DNA from: Octopus sinensis
Lineage: Eukaryota
DNA length: 64,000 nt
NCBI RefSeq assembly: GCF_006345805.1
Contig: NC_043012.1
Coordinates: 21,638,001-21,702,000, forward strand
Direction: 5' to 3'
Positions 35,030 through 48,425 of this stretch are shown here, piece by piece. The stretch's first letter is position 1, and every line of letters begins with the position of its first letter. Below the pieces are notes generated by a model. That model did not search any database, was not told where the DNA came from, and was given only the letters and a program-made list of their open reading frames with translations. The position numbers were made by a program, and so were the translations under genes.

Positions 35030-38000
35030 ATGTGCTACAAGACATAAGTGGAGTAAGCAAGTAGACATGATGGTTATGGAGTGTTACTACTGGAGTACTC
35101 CAGTGGATGCGAATGGCATGCCTGTCAGAGGGTACAGAAAATGAATGCACAGTGAATGGAAAGCAATGGACCTGTTCGAAATTACTGAACAGAGATTATG
35201 TGACCAAGCAAGAGCAATACAAAAGAATGAATGGTTAACAGAATTGGAGCTAGAAGCTATTAAAAGAAGGATGATGAGTGAGGTTGGGCATGCAAAAAAT
35301 GAAAGTGGTACAGTGGAAGAGATGGACAATTGTTTACAAGACTATAATACTGTGAATTGTGAAACAATTAAGATCAGTAACTACTCAAATAATGAAGATC
35401 GATTAATAATAAACAGAATTTTGGATCTATTAAATACAGAAGGGACAGAATTATGTGTGACTTTATGAAGGCTAACCAATGGAGACAAAATCAAAACACA
35501 AATAAAGTCAATAATGTACTGAGACACATTGAAACAAAGAACATCACAAACAAATAATCTTATCAAGGCTGCTAGTAGGATTGTGGTGGAAAGGATGGGA
35601 TTCAGAACTACTGAGAATGGAACAGTGATGGATAAAAGAGGAAATAAACAACCGTAGTGGAAAAGGAGAATTTCTGAAGATATAAACTCCTTGAACACTG
35701 GAAAAGAAATGGAGAACTTAAGAATGAATGGAAATTCGAAAAAGTTAGGAAGAAGTATGGTGTAGATACAAAAGGCCTGAATGTTGTAATTGAAGAACTG
35801 ATGCAGCGCATACATGCAAAAAAAGCAAAGCTGACTGGGTTTGAAAAACGGATTAAGCAATACCAGCAAAGCAAATTGTTTAGAACCAACCAAAAACGAT
35901 TTTACTAAAAGATTAATGACAATAAAAAACATGAAAGATTAGTCCCTGATGCTGATGAAATTCGACTTTTCTGGGGTAAGATTTGGAGTAAGGAAGAACA
36001 ACATAAAACTACAGCTGAATGGCTCTGCAGCCTGAAGCAAACAGATTCTTATCCCCAGCAAGAGTCTATACACTTCACAGAAGACAGTATCAGAAATATG
36101 AGTAAAAAGATAAGCAATTGGAGAGCAGCAGGACCTGATGGTGTACAGGGATTATGGATAAAAAAAAGTTCAGTTGTTGCCATAAATTGATCGCAGAAAA
36201 ATTTAATGCATAGATTAGTGGAGAACATGAAATCCCAGGCTGTTTGTGCTTGAAGGATGGATCCAAGGGAAATGCTGCTGACAATTACAGACCAATTTCC
36301 TGCCTCCTGTTAATGTGGAAGCTACTGTCAGGAGGAATTGCAGAAGAGCTGTATAAATTTCTTGACAAGAACGATATATTACTGCCAGAACAAAAAGGCT
36401 GTAGAAGGAAATGCAGAGGTACCAAAGATCAACTAATTACAAGACAAAATAGTAATGGAAGATTGTAAACGAAGGAGAACAAATCTGGGAATGGCCTGGA
36501 TTGACTATCGCAAAGCTTATGATATGATTCCACATTCGTGGATCATCGAGTGCTTAGATCTGTTTAGAATTGTGAGGAATGTAATGTGTTTCCTGAAGAG
36601 AAGTCTGATGGGATGGAAAACTGAACTGACATCTTATAGAAGAAGCTTGAGAACCCTGAATATCAGAAGATGGATTTTAAGAGGGATAGCCTATCACCAT
36701 TGCTTTTCATTCTCTGTATGATACTCCTGACTTTGGTACTCATGAAAATGATCATGGGGTACCAACTAAAGGAAAAATCCCATACAATCAACCATCTCCT
36801 CTTCATGGATGATTTGAAACTATATGGCAAAGATGAGCTGCAAGTGCAAGTGTTAAGAACCAAATATAAGAAGTGCAGAATAGACAAGACTACTGATAGC
36901 AACAAATGCAGAATGTGTGGTGAGAGAGATGAAACAGTATGGCACATCATTAGCAAATGCCCAAAATTGGCACAACGAGAATACAAAAGATGCCACAACA
37001 AAGTGATATATTGAGCACTCTGTGGAAATCATGGCCTATAAATAACAATGACATAGTATGAGCACACTCCAGAAGGAGTCACCGAAAATAAGAATTGTAA
37101 AATCTTGTGGGATGCAATGGTCCAGTGTGATCACCTGACCAGACTTTGGAAACTGGACATTGATCATCATTATCATCACCATCGTCATTTAACACCTGCT
37201 TTCCATGCTGACATGGGTTGGATGGTTTGACTGAGGACTGGTGAGTCAGAAGGCTGCACCAGGATCCAATCTGATCTGGCAAAGTTTCCACAGCTGGATG
37301 TCCTTCCTAACACCAACCACTCCAAGAGTGTAGTGGGTGCTTTTATATGCCACCAGCATGAGGGCCAGTCAGGCAGTACTGGTAATGACCATGCTCAAAT
37401 GGTGTTTTTTTATGTGCCAGTCCAGCGGCACTGGCAACAACTGCACTCCAATGATGTTTTCACATGCCACCAGCACATGTGCCAGTAAGGTGACGCTGGC
37501 AACAATCACGCTCAAATGGTGCTTTTTATGTGCCACCAGCAAGGGGAGGCAGTCGGGTAGTATTGTCATCGGCAACATCAGCAATTTTGATTTTGATTTC
37601 ACTTGCCTCAACAGGTCTTTGCAAGCAAAGTTTATTGTCCAATGAATGAAGGGTACTCATAAGTGGGCTGGTTATACACCACTGACATAGGCCATGGGTT
37701 ATGGTCTCACTTGGCTTGCCTGATCTTCTCAAGTACAGCATATCTCCAAAGGTCTCAGTCACTAGTCATTGCCTTGGTGAGGCCCAGTGTTTGAAGGTCG
37801 TGCTCCACCACCTCATCCCATGTCTTCCTGGGTCTACCTCTTCCACAGGTTCCCTCAACTGCTAAGGTGTGACACTTTTTTGCACAACTGTCCTCATCCA
37901 TTCATACCATGTGACCATACCGGCACAGTCGTCTCTCTCGCACACTACATCTGATGCTTCTTAAGTCCAAATTTTCTCTCAGGGTGCTTACACCCTGTAT

Positions 38001-38475
38001 GCACACTGACATTACACATCTAGTGGAGCATACTGACTTCATTCCTTGCAAGCTTACGCTACACCGCTAGTATAAAAATTGTTGTGGTGAATAAAAAAGA
38101 AAGAACATATATGATAATCGACAGAGCATGCCCCGGTGACAACAGGATCAATGTGAAAGAAGAAGTAAAAATAAACAACTACAATGATTTGAAGTGGGAA
38201 ATACGAAGGTTGTGATCAATGAAGAGAGCAGGCGTGATACCAATAGTAATTGGTGCACTTGGAAATATCAATACTCAACTACCAATATGGCTGAAAAAAA
38301 TTGGTGCAAGTGTGAAGGTAGAACACCTACAAAAATCAGCATTGCTTGGAAATGCAAGAATTCTTCATGGGGTTCTTGAATTATGAACAGTAAACAAATG
38401 TCGCCTTAGTCTGCTGGCTGTAGGCAGTTGACACTTCCCATCATACCCAGCAATATAAGCTGTGAATTTTAATAC
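35030..38475 (+). mobile_element. Dong/R4-type (RLE) non-LTR retrotransposon, decayed, with internal deletion and nested RTE
   Basis: N-terminal FEITEQRLCDQARAI; RT motifs [31 protein letters not shown] and HLLFMDDLKLY; zinc knuckle CRMC..ETVWHIISKC; RLE region IVVVNKKER..IID.ACPGD..IPIVIGALG..LQKSALLGNARIL; ends in (TAA)n. Confidence 0.9.
37160..38060 (-). mobile_element. RTE LINE 3' end nested in the Dong element
   Basis: GRGRPRKTWDEVVEHDLQTLGLTKAMT, followed by the 3'UTR and (GAT)n tail. Confidence 0.88.
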
Positions 38476-38489
38476 AATAATAATAATAA

Positions 38490-38690
38490 TAATAATCCTT
38501 TCTACATTAAGCACAAGGACTGTTATTTTTTGTGGCAGGGTTTAGTCAATTACATTGACTCCAATGCTCAACTGGCATCGAAAGGATAAAATGCAAAGTC
38601 AACCGCAGTGGATTTTGAATTCAGAATATAAAGAGCCTAAAGGCATGCTGCGAAACACTTTGCCTGATGTGCTAACAATTCTGCCAACAA
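38490..38690 (-). mobile_element. SINE family A (TTA-tailed subfamily), tail-to-tail with Dong
   Basis: CpG-decayed copy starting directly after (TAA)n. Confidence 0.75.
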
Positions 38691-38879
38691 TAATAAAATT
38701 ATTGTATAGTGATCGAGTGTGATATCAGAGAGAAAAAGAGGCCATAAGTTGAGTAAAGAAAAAAAAGCAATTGTAACCAAAAGTATGTGCAAAGTAACCA
38801 GAATAAAGCGCAAAATGACAGAAAAGTGAACAGTAAAAGAACTATAAAGAGGGAAGGGCAAATAGGCATGTCAAGAGTA

Positions 38880-39060
38880 GCATGGCAAATTTTAGGAAGC
38901 ATGAAATTTTTGAAGGATGCAGTGTTCTGATAGCTAACAATTGATGTAGGTGGCTTATTCCATGCTTCAACAATTCTGAATGTAAGAAAATAGCAACATT
39001 TATAAGATATTGAATTTCTATGGATGCTGTTCATAATGGTGTCAACAATAACAACTTTAC
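38880..39060 (-). mobile_element. CR1 LINE 3' remnant
   Basis: YFLTFRIVEAWNKPPTSIVSYQNTASFK resembles the CR1 FF..RIV..WN.LP motif. Confidence 0.7.
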
Positions 39061-40255
39061 AACAAGTTATTATGACAAGAGCTTCTATATGATTCATGGG
39101 CAAACTGTGGCCTGCAGGATGTTCTGAATGGCATGCCTAATGGAAAACGACTTTGAACCCTTTTAGGAGTCTGATCTGCTTGATGATGAGTCATTTCTTA
39201 TGTGAGTCGCTTCTCGAAAAAGTTTGCCCATACCTGCTCTATATGGTTGCTTAATCTGTTGGAAGTAGCAGCCAAACCTAATTTCAAATTACTTGTCTCA
39301 CAGACAGGATAGGTATGCCGGATAAAGCAGTCGTGAATGTAATTATATGGGAAATGAAGACAGGTGAGGATGCAACTGAAATGAGTGCTGGTATGATGAT
39401 GACAATGACGATGAGATGATGTTACTGCCACTATTGCTGCCAACATTGAGAAGGAAGAGGAGGAGGACACCAACAATAACAATGACAACAGCAACAACAA
39501 GAACAATAGGGATGAAAATGATGACAACGGTGATAGTGGTAATGATGGTGGTAGTGGCAGTGGTGATGGTGGTCAATGGTAGAGGGGTACAAACCTTCAA
39601 CGGCCATAGTGATTTCTGTGAATGATACTGATTTAGTTGGTGTCAAGGAAGAGCAGTTGTTCAGTTTTAAGACAGCCACATCAAAAGGTTCGGTTAATGG
39701 AGCAGAGTAGACAAGCGTTGCCTGATGCCAATGTTTATCTCCATGCAACTTTATAGAAACTGGAATAGAAAGGAATTCACTTGAGATTGTCTTTATATAA
39801 TTTTTACTGGAAGTGAATCTAATGGTTTTTGTGTGTTTCTTATACCCCTCCCATGTGATGAGTGGTATGTGCTCACCACTATAAATAAGGTGACGTTAGT
39901 ATAGTGTGAGTACAAAGTAAACATTCTTAGATAGTCATGTCTTTACTGATCTAACAACTATACTGCAATACTGAAGGGAGCATTATAACAATCCAGTATT
40001 AAGGATTACAACAGTAGTGACAAGAGTGATGAGGAATTAAGAAACTCACAAAAGATAAACACCTTCCACGCTGCAATTGTTTTCATTCCAGCACGCGTTC
40101 TCAGATCAAGTCACTCGCTATGCAAGTACATCTCCGTAATATAATTGAAAGTATGTCTTAAAAGGTTGGAGAAAAAAAGAAAAATTTAAGTGAGTTAATT
40201 TGCTGTGAAGTGTAAGAAATTCCAGCATTTCAGATATTAGTAATTCTTAAAATCA

Positions 40256-40288
<33 letters not shown>

Positions 40289-40974
40289 GAAACTAATACC
40301 AAAGTTACCAAGAATATCTTTCTAAATTATCTTTATGCAACTTTACAAAAATTTGAAGTGAAAAAATTTCTTATGAGAATGGATATGAGACCTAAACTCC
40401 CTCAAAAATGATGGTGGTACTGATGCTGTTGTGGTAGTAGTGTGTAGGGGTGCTACTGCAGATGCCAATGCTGGTAGTGGAGGTGATGGGGGGCTGCTGC
40501 TGGTGCTACTGCTAGTGGTTAATTCTGTAACACTCTTGGGTTGTCAGGCACCACAAAGAACACCAGTCTTTGGAGTGCAGATTCAGGTGGAAAAAATACA
40601 CCTGTAGGAAATTTAATTTTCTTACCTGAACCTATGGAAAAATCTGGAGCCCCACAACGCTTGTCAATTTTACAGAGCTGCAGATACTACATCCAGTGTT
40701 AAACTAGGATGTTGATAGTTACACATCTATCACACAGATCTAGAGTAGTTCCAATCATGGGATATGAATCACTGACATTTTGTTGCTCATATATCACCAA
40801 ATAGAATTTTTTCTCCCTTTTTTCGTCACTCTGTGTCTTTGTTTGCATGCGTATGTGCATGCATCCATGTGTGTTTGCATGCTGTGTTTGCATGCTGAAA
40901 GTACAGCATGCAAACACATGAACAACATATAGAACACATTAAAAGGGTATTCAAGAAGATTAGAGAATACGATT

Positions 40975-41195
40975 TCAAGTTGATGGAAGCCAGCTCAAAT
41001 TGTAGTTGTGGAATATACTGGTGTCATGCAAATGGCACCCATACCAGTGGCACATAAAAGCACCCATGACTCTCTCTGAGTGGTTGGTGTTAGGAAGAAA
41101 TGATGCCAAATCAGACTGGAGTCTGGTGCAGCCTTCCAGCTTGCCAGCCCTGATCAGACTGTCCAACCCATGTCAGCATGGACAACAGACATTAA

Positions 41196-41233
<38 letters not shown>

Positions 41234-41428
41234 ATATATATATGTGGCACATAAAAGCACCCACTACACTCTCGGAGTGGTTGGCGTTAGGAAGGGCATC
41301 CAGCTATAGAAACTCTGCCAGATCAAGATTGGAGCGTGGTGCGGCCATCTGGTTCGCCAGCCATCAGTCAAAATCATCCAACCCATGCTAGCATGGAAGG
41401 CGGACGTTAAACGATGATGATGATGATG

Positions 41429-41430
<2 letters not shown>
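40975..41430 (+). mobile_element. Two tandem RTE 3' tails
   Basis: An older copy ends (GAT)n at about 41230; a CpG-rich younger copy ends at about 41430. Confidence 0.85.
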
Positions 41431-41489
<59 letters not shown>

Positions 41490-42589
41490 CAACAGCTGGC
41501 ACCTTACATCTAGTTAAGTTATTGGAATTTCATGATGCTGAACATCAGACTAAATATGAAGTGCAGTATAGGTAGTCCATTGTTCAGAATAGATAGACAA
41601 GTGTTGTGAGAAATCTGAGTGGACAGTAGATTGTTAGAAGAAAAGGAGAAAGAAGATAAGAAAAAGATAGAAGTGAAAAAAAAAATTCATTTCTAGTAGT
41701 CATTGGGTTATGGGTTAAAGGAAGTTTATTGGTGATTATATACTGATTGGTCTATGAAATAAAACGCACACAGTATTTCATTATGCACCCTTAATATGCT
41801 AGAAAGCATATTAAACGTTTTTGTAAGTCAATACCATGTACTCCTGTGTTAGCAGTGCTATTAAATCACATGTTAAGGTCATCTCTACAGATTTTCTACA
41901 GAAATTATAGCCAGCGCTGATTTTCTTACGATTTTTCATATCTGAGATAGATAACTATATGCATGTATCTGTGTGTGTGTGTATGCTTGCATGCACGTGG
42001 GGGTGTGCTTGTGTAAGTGTGTGCATGTATGTATGAAAACACACATCTTTTATCCTTCATCTCTTACTTGTTTCAGTCATTAGATGATGGCCATGCTGGT
42101 ACACACCCTACAAATGTATAGCCAAGTAAATTAACCCCAGTACTTATTCTATCAGTCTCTTTTTTAACCTTCATTCCTCTCTAGTCTGTGCATATCTTCT
42201 GTATTCAGAGCCAAGGTCTCACTACCATGGCTGATTTAGTAAAAATGCTAGTGCATATATTAAAAATTAATATAAACAGCTAGGTGCAATATAAGACCAT
42301 AAAGGAAAAATTTTTATCATAAATAATTGTGACCAAGGATGCTGAAACACTTATAATGTAAGAAATAAGAGTTAGAAGCTCTTTTAGCAGTGATAATTTT
42401 TCATTTTTCATCATCATTGTTTAATGTCCACCTTCCATGCTAGCATAGTTGGGACAGTTTCACAAGAGTCGGCTAGGTAGAAGCCTGCTCCAGACTTCAG
42501 TGACTGTTTTGGATAGATTTTTATAGCTGGATGCTCTTCATAAACACAATCATTCAGCAGACACAAGCGCAGGCAAGGTCGTAGTGCTT

Positions 42590-42848
42590 TTTATGTGCTT
42601 TGGCACGTAAAAAGCACCATCCAATCATGGCCGTTGCCAGCCTCATCTGGCACCTGTGCCGGTGGCACGTAAAAATCAGCCACTACACTCACAGAGTGGT
42701 TGGCTTTAGGAAGGGCATCCAGCTGTAGAAACACTGCTAGATCAGACTGGGCCTGATGCAGCCTTCTGGCTTCCCAGACCCCAGCTGAACTGTCCAACCC
42801 ATGCTAGCATGGAAAGCGGACGTTAAACGATGATGATGATGATGATGA
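42590..42848 (+). mobile_element. RTE 3' tail
   Basis: Same UTR and (GAT)n tail. Confidence 0.85.
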
Positions 42849-42885
42849 TATTTTTTTTTTTCTCTCCTTGTTTCTTTCTGTGTTC

Positions 42886-42921
42886 CTTTCTGTGGATGAG
42901 CGTTGGCTCGAAATGTTAAAG
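42886..42921 (+). ncRNA. Degenerate hammerhead (H1-related subfamily)
   Basis: CTTT CTGTGGA T GAGC-GTTG-GCTC GAAA T GTT^AAAG; stem I covaries with H1 (CTTT/AAAG versus GTTT/AAAC); core A6 is mutated. Confidence 0.55.
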
Positions 42922-43131
42922 ACTTTTTCAATTCCCAAGCGTTATACTAATACATCTGTTTGTTTTCTACACCACCTGTCTTTGTCTTTTGTTTTTTTTT
43001 TGTGAATTCTCCCTATATATATATACATACACACACACATACATATACATACACACACAAACATATCCCACTATATATATATATATATATACCATAATCA
43101 TTTAATGTCTGTGTTCCATGCTTGCATGAGT

Positions 43132-43173
<42 letters not shown>

Positions 43174-44648
43174 TATACATAGACTTATATACATGTATGT
43201 GCATGTGTGCGTATCAAGAATCTTTCTAGCAACATTAATTAACAAGTGCATTTATAGGTACAATAACTGTGTGGTTAAACTACTTCATTACTGATCTGAG
43301 TACTTGAGTACACAGTGATGAGTCCAAGCCTTGCAAAATGTATTGAATACTTTCAAGGCATAACATAACATAGCATAAATAATAAAAAAAATAAATGAAT
43401 AAATAAAAAAAACACATGTTGGTGTGCTGTGATAGAAAGCAGAGTCCTCCAGTGGATTTTAATTAAATCATTAATCAATAACTAATCAATAAAAACATGT
43501 TCAGTAAAATAATATTCAATAAAATGTCTAGTAATCATTCAAGTAAGTGTTCAATAACCATACTGTGAATATTCATTTGATGTTTAGTAAATATTCATTA
43601 AATATTCAATAAACAGTTATTATACGTTCAGTAATTACTCAATTAAATGTTTGGATTTTTTTGTTGTTGTTTATTTTGTTTATTTTGTTTTCCTCTCTGA
43701 CAAAACACCCCCCCACTAAACTAACTCACCACCACCTACATTATACATACATATACACACACATATGCACCACTACCACCACCACCACCATTACCACCAT
43801 CGCTACCATCACTACCTGAACCATTAAGCTCTATTTCGTTTCTCAACACACCCACATGCATCTTTCTTGTTTATATTTCTCATCTAGTTCATGCTGACAC
43901 AGACAATCACTAGCTGCTAGCCTACCACCAATTCTAGTCACTATCCTTACACTCATTGTTACATCCCCTTGCTAAAGCACATTATTCTGCATGTCTCAGA
44001 CTGTTTCGCTTGTTCCATATTGTTTAACCCCGGGTCAGCTCTTACAGAGCGTACTTACGACCAAAAGCATTCCAGCATTGACAATCCCATTATAAAAACA
44101 CATTTCTTTTTCAGACCTTTGGGCTAAGAATCACATTAACAGTACACATGTCTGTGAAATACACAGCTACTTACAATTGAATGAGTAGTTCACTCAGCTG
44201 ATGAAGCAAGTGAATGCTCACCAACAACACCAATGTTGGATCCATCATCAGTGCATCCAGGGCGACATCGTTTAATATGCACTACTCTTTTTAAAGGGAG
44301 TAAGGTATGATTAGAGGGAAATTTAACTACTATTTCTACCAGGCTGAGCAACATATATAGAAGTTCACACATTAATAGTTTGATACAGTATACACCTCTC
44401 ATATGTAATTCTGCTTTAAATTTCATTAGAAGAAAATATTCACCATTTTTATGTATTAAATGTTTATTTTAACAGCAATTAAAAACAAAAAATCCTAAAA
44501 CTGGAGAAGAATTTACGGCTATTCTTGCTAGGAATGTGACACATTCAAATCTAAACACCCACTCTATCATTATGTAACACTGTCATTATTACTAATAATA
44601 ATACCAGACAGTGACTTCTCATCTTAAATACCAGACAGTGACTTCTCA

Positions 44649-44856
44649 GCTGAAAAAGAAGTAATTTCTACTCTTCTCCTCTGGAAGCCATCTACTCGCA
44701 ATACCAGAGGGCACACACTCTCCTACCCTGATGTAATCTCCAGGGATACAGGCATCCAGCAACAGGACCTCCGTAATGCCATGATGGACCGTGAAGTCTG
44801 GCGTAGCATGGTAAATTCCATTGTCTCGACCACGGTCGAACAATGATGATGATGAT
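44649..44856 (+). mobile_element. RTEX/RTE-like LINE 3' end with (TGA)n tail
   Basis: Nearly identical to 53470-53695; CTCATCTTAA occurs upstream (44618-44627) and downstream (44857-44866). Confidence 0.85.
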
Positions 44857-44869
44857 CTCATCTTAACTG

Positions 44870-45365
44870 ATTGGAAGTGTTATAATGTACATTGTTTTGG
44901 CTTGGTATAAAAGATGGGCTACAGCAAATATTCTGCTCAATACCACAGATTTGCTTGTCAGTTGTTTGACCATAACCAATTGAGCATGTCCCATAATGGC
45001 TGATGTTATGTGCATCTCTGATCACAAGTAGAAGTAGTGGGGCAGCCTCATAACCATGTATTGAGAGGAATTCTTTGGGGATTGGATAATTCACATTCGG
45101 AAACATGGGTGTTTCATTCAACAGCCTTAAACAACCCTTATTCAGTGACCTTTTGAGCAGGATGGGCTACTTGACCTGAAGAGAATTCTAACTGGGCCCC
45201 ACCTGCTAGGTCATGCGCTGTTTATCTTGATATGGTTGTTATGCATGTGCCTAGTGTACCCTTATCAGACAGGTAGTCATGATATACTGGTATATATACA
45301 GGTATACTGGGATTCATATATTTTACCCCAGTGTCACTTTGATGGTATGCACTGCACACTTACTT
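44870..45365 (+). mobile_element. Interspersed repeat with TAA tail (second copy 49628-50085)
   Basis: GCTCAATACCACA.ATTTGCTT...CCTGGTGTACCCTTATCAGAC...GTGTCACTTTGATGG is shared between the two copies. Confidence 0.8.
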
Positions 45366-45390
45366 GATAATAATAACAATGATGATGATG

Positions 45391-45454
<64 letters not shown>

Positions 45455-45456
<2 letters not shown>

Positions 45457-45945
45457 TGGAATCTGCAAACAGAAACAATTCCTATCATAGTAGGTGCATT
45501 AGGCATGATAAAAAAATATTCAGACAAATACATAACAAAAACACCAGGACTTACAAACACATATAACATACAGAAAATTGCACTACTAGGCACTGCACAC
45601 ATCCTACGCAGAACACTTTGCATACAATAACCATCAGAGCATCACAACAAATTACAGCACATACCCAAGGCACACAGAGCTGCGCTCGGTAGTGAAGTGA
45701 AAGCACGCTATAAAAATAAAACTACTGAATAATAATAAAAATAATAATCCTTTCTATTATAGGCACAATGCCTGGAATTTTGGGGGATGTGGCTGTTCAA
45801 TTACATCAGCCTCAGTACTTGACTGGTACATATTTCATCAACCCTGAAGGGATGAAAGGAAAAGTTGACCTCAGCAGAATTTGAACTCAGAACATAACAA
45901 CGGATGAAAAACCACAATGCATTTTATCTGACAAGCTAACAATTC
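45455..45945. mobile_element. 5'-truncated Dong 3' end (+, 45455-45735) within (TAA)n, followed by SINE family A (-)
   Basis: WNLQTETIPIIVGALGMIKK...IQKIALLGTAHILRRTL; TAA repeats on both sides. Confidence 0.85.
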
Positions 45946-46274
45946 TTCCATCCTTTTTATACCAAATGCTGCTGTTCCAGTGAAAGCAGTCAGCAAAACT
46001 GGATGTTCATCGAACTCAGAATGTCCTGAATGTGGCCTGAGAAGCCTCGTGGTTTCGTAGTTAACCAGCTTGATGACATAACTCTTCCTGACACATCCAG
46101 GCTCACTGAGGAAGATTTTGTACTGTGGTATGGGTTGATCATGTTTTAAAGCAAAGATGGCATCCTTGTACCACTTTCAATGAAACTTGATTGCTCCCAT
46201 CTGCTTGCTATTCAGCAACCGCATCATTGTTTTGTATCGTTGATTACTCATCAATGTGTTATTAAGCAGTGGAT

Positions 46275-46597
46275 GGAAGCACTCCGTCGGTTACGACGAT
46301 GAGGGTTCCGGTTGATCCGACCAACGGAACAGCCTGCTCGTGAAATTAACGTGTAAGTGGCTGAGCACTCCACGGACACGTGTACCCTTAACGTAGTTCT
46401 CAGGGATATTCAGCGTGACACAGAGAGTGACAAGGCCGGCCCTTTGAAAATACAGGTACAACAGAAACAGGAAGAAAGAGTGAGAGAAAGTTGTGGTGAA
46501 AGAGTACAGCAGGGATCACCACCATCCCCTGCCGGAGCCTCATGGAGCTTTAGGTGTTTTTCGCTCAATAAACACTCACAACGCCCGGTCTGGGAAT
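46275..46597 (-). mobile_element. SINE family B, 5'-truncated
   Basis: Reverse complement of the 25119 copy. Confidence 0.85.
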
Positions 46598-46639
46598 TAT
46601 TAAGCAGTACTGTGAAGCAAGCATGGAGCTCCAAATGAT

Positions 46640-47300
46640 CACTAGGTGTCAAATGAGGGGCTAGAGCTACATTGAGAAGTTGGTCTTCTTCTGGGAGCAC
46701 CTGTTCTTCAATAATTCCTTCCACTTCTTGTTCAGCTTGTTGGAATTTTACATTTGGAGCCAAACCCTCCCAGGCATCGTCTGGGGGACCCATTCACTGT
46801 AGGTCATCATAGGCTCTATCCAGTTCTTCTACATTAACACTAAACATAACTTCGTTAGCATGGATAATATCCTTTACATGTTCATAGTATTCTTTAAAGG
46901 AGGAGAATTGGCCTTTCAGATCGATGAATTCATCTTGCAAGGGATAATATAGGATCAAGTTCACCATCTTTCTTGTCTTCACCATCATTCTTTTTCTCAT
47001 GGAACTGTATGATGCAGAGGTGGTTGTGCTTCTTCATTTGTCACAGTCTATTACACAGAGTGATGACTGTTGGGACTTTCTTCATCTGATTCATTGCTAC
47101 CAGCATCATGTATCATTTGTTCAGCTGTCTCATCAGTCGCATATTTTCTGCTAGATGTGCTCTGGGTTACATAAAGCATTAAGCAATTGAAAAATAAACC
47201 TTTCCTTGAACAGGATACTGATTTTCCTGGTGATATAGAACCTATTCCTGGTAGATAATATGGTACTTTTTCAGGACAAAATGATTCATACCTATTCCTC
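46640..47300 (-). mobile_element. Helitron Rep/helicase fragment
   Basis: LILYYPLQDEFIDLKGQFSSFKEYYEHVKDII.ANE...DL*MGPPDDAWEGLAP resembles the L.LY.PWR.E...GP..AW..IAP segment preceding the Helitron helicase. Confidence 0.7.
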
Positions 47301-47529
47301 ACTGACCTTCAAGCACTACTAATATAAAGAAAACATCACTAACACTATATCCCCTCTAAACATGAGTGACTGACACTCAGCTAAGTCTGTCACAGTCACT
47401 CCAAATACTGGGCCTCACTATCACTGATGTTTTCTGCTAGTGCAAACACACCCTTAGTATAGCTTGGACTGCATACCTAAGACTGGCCCTTCTCTTTGTG
47501 GCTAGAAAATATTTCAGCCTCTAATAGCT

Positions 47530-48425
47530 GCAGGTACTGGGCAAGTGTCTTCTAGTATAGCCTTGGGCCAACCAAAACCTTGTGAGTGGATTTGGTAGAC
47601 AGAAACTGAAAGAAGCTCGTCATATATATATACATATATCATCATCATCATCGTTTAACGTCCGCTTTCCATGCTAGCATGGGTTGGACGATTTTGACTG
47701 AGGGCTGGTGAACCAGATGGCTGCACCAGGCTCCAATCTTGATCTGGCAGAGTTTCTACAGCTGGATGCCCTTCCTAACGCCAACCACTCTGAGAGTGTA
47801 GTGGGTGCTTTTTACATGCCACCGGCATGGCGGCCAGTCAGGCGGTACTGGCAATGACCTCGCTCGAATCTTTTTACACGTGCCACCGGCACAGGTGCCA
47901 GTGAAGCGACATTGGTAACGATCATGCTCAAATGGTTCCCTTTTACGCTCCACAGGTATGGAAGCCAGCTGGCTGTTCTGGCAATGATCACATTCGGATG
48001 GTGCTCTTGGCACCCTACTAGCACAGGCACAAGTGCCAGTAAGGCAACACTGGTAACGATCATACTCAAATGGTGCCCTTTTATGTTCCACTGGCACGGA
48101 AGCCGGTTAGCCGCTCTATCAACGATCACACTCGTATGGTGCTCTTTGCACCCCACTAGCACGGATGCCAGTCATCGAATTGATTTTGATATACATATAT
48201 ATACATAATATATATATGTGTTTGTGTGTGTGTGTGTGTCCACCTTACTTGACAACTGATGTTGGTGTGTTTACGTCTCTGTAACTTAGCAGTTTAGCAA
48301 AAGCCACCGAGAGAATAAGTACTAGGCTTACAAAGAATAAGTCCTGAGGTCAATCTGTTCGACTAAAGGTGGTGCTCCAGCATTGCTGCAATCAAATGAC
48401 TGAAACAAGTAAAAGAATTTTAAAA
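47530..48425 (+). mobile_element. SINE family C split by an RTE 3' end (47640-48190, -) in its internal microsatellite
   Basis: Head at 47530-47620, RTE tail and UTR, TG run, tail module at 48235-48425; a further tail module follows at 48495-48700. Confidence 0.8.
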
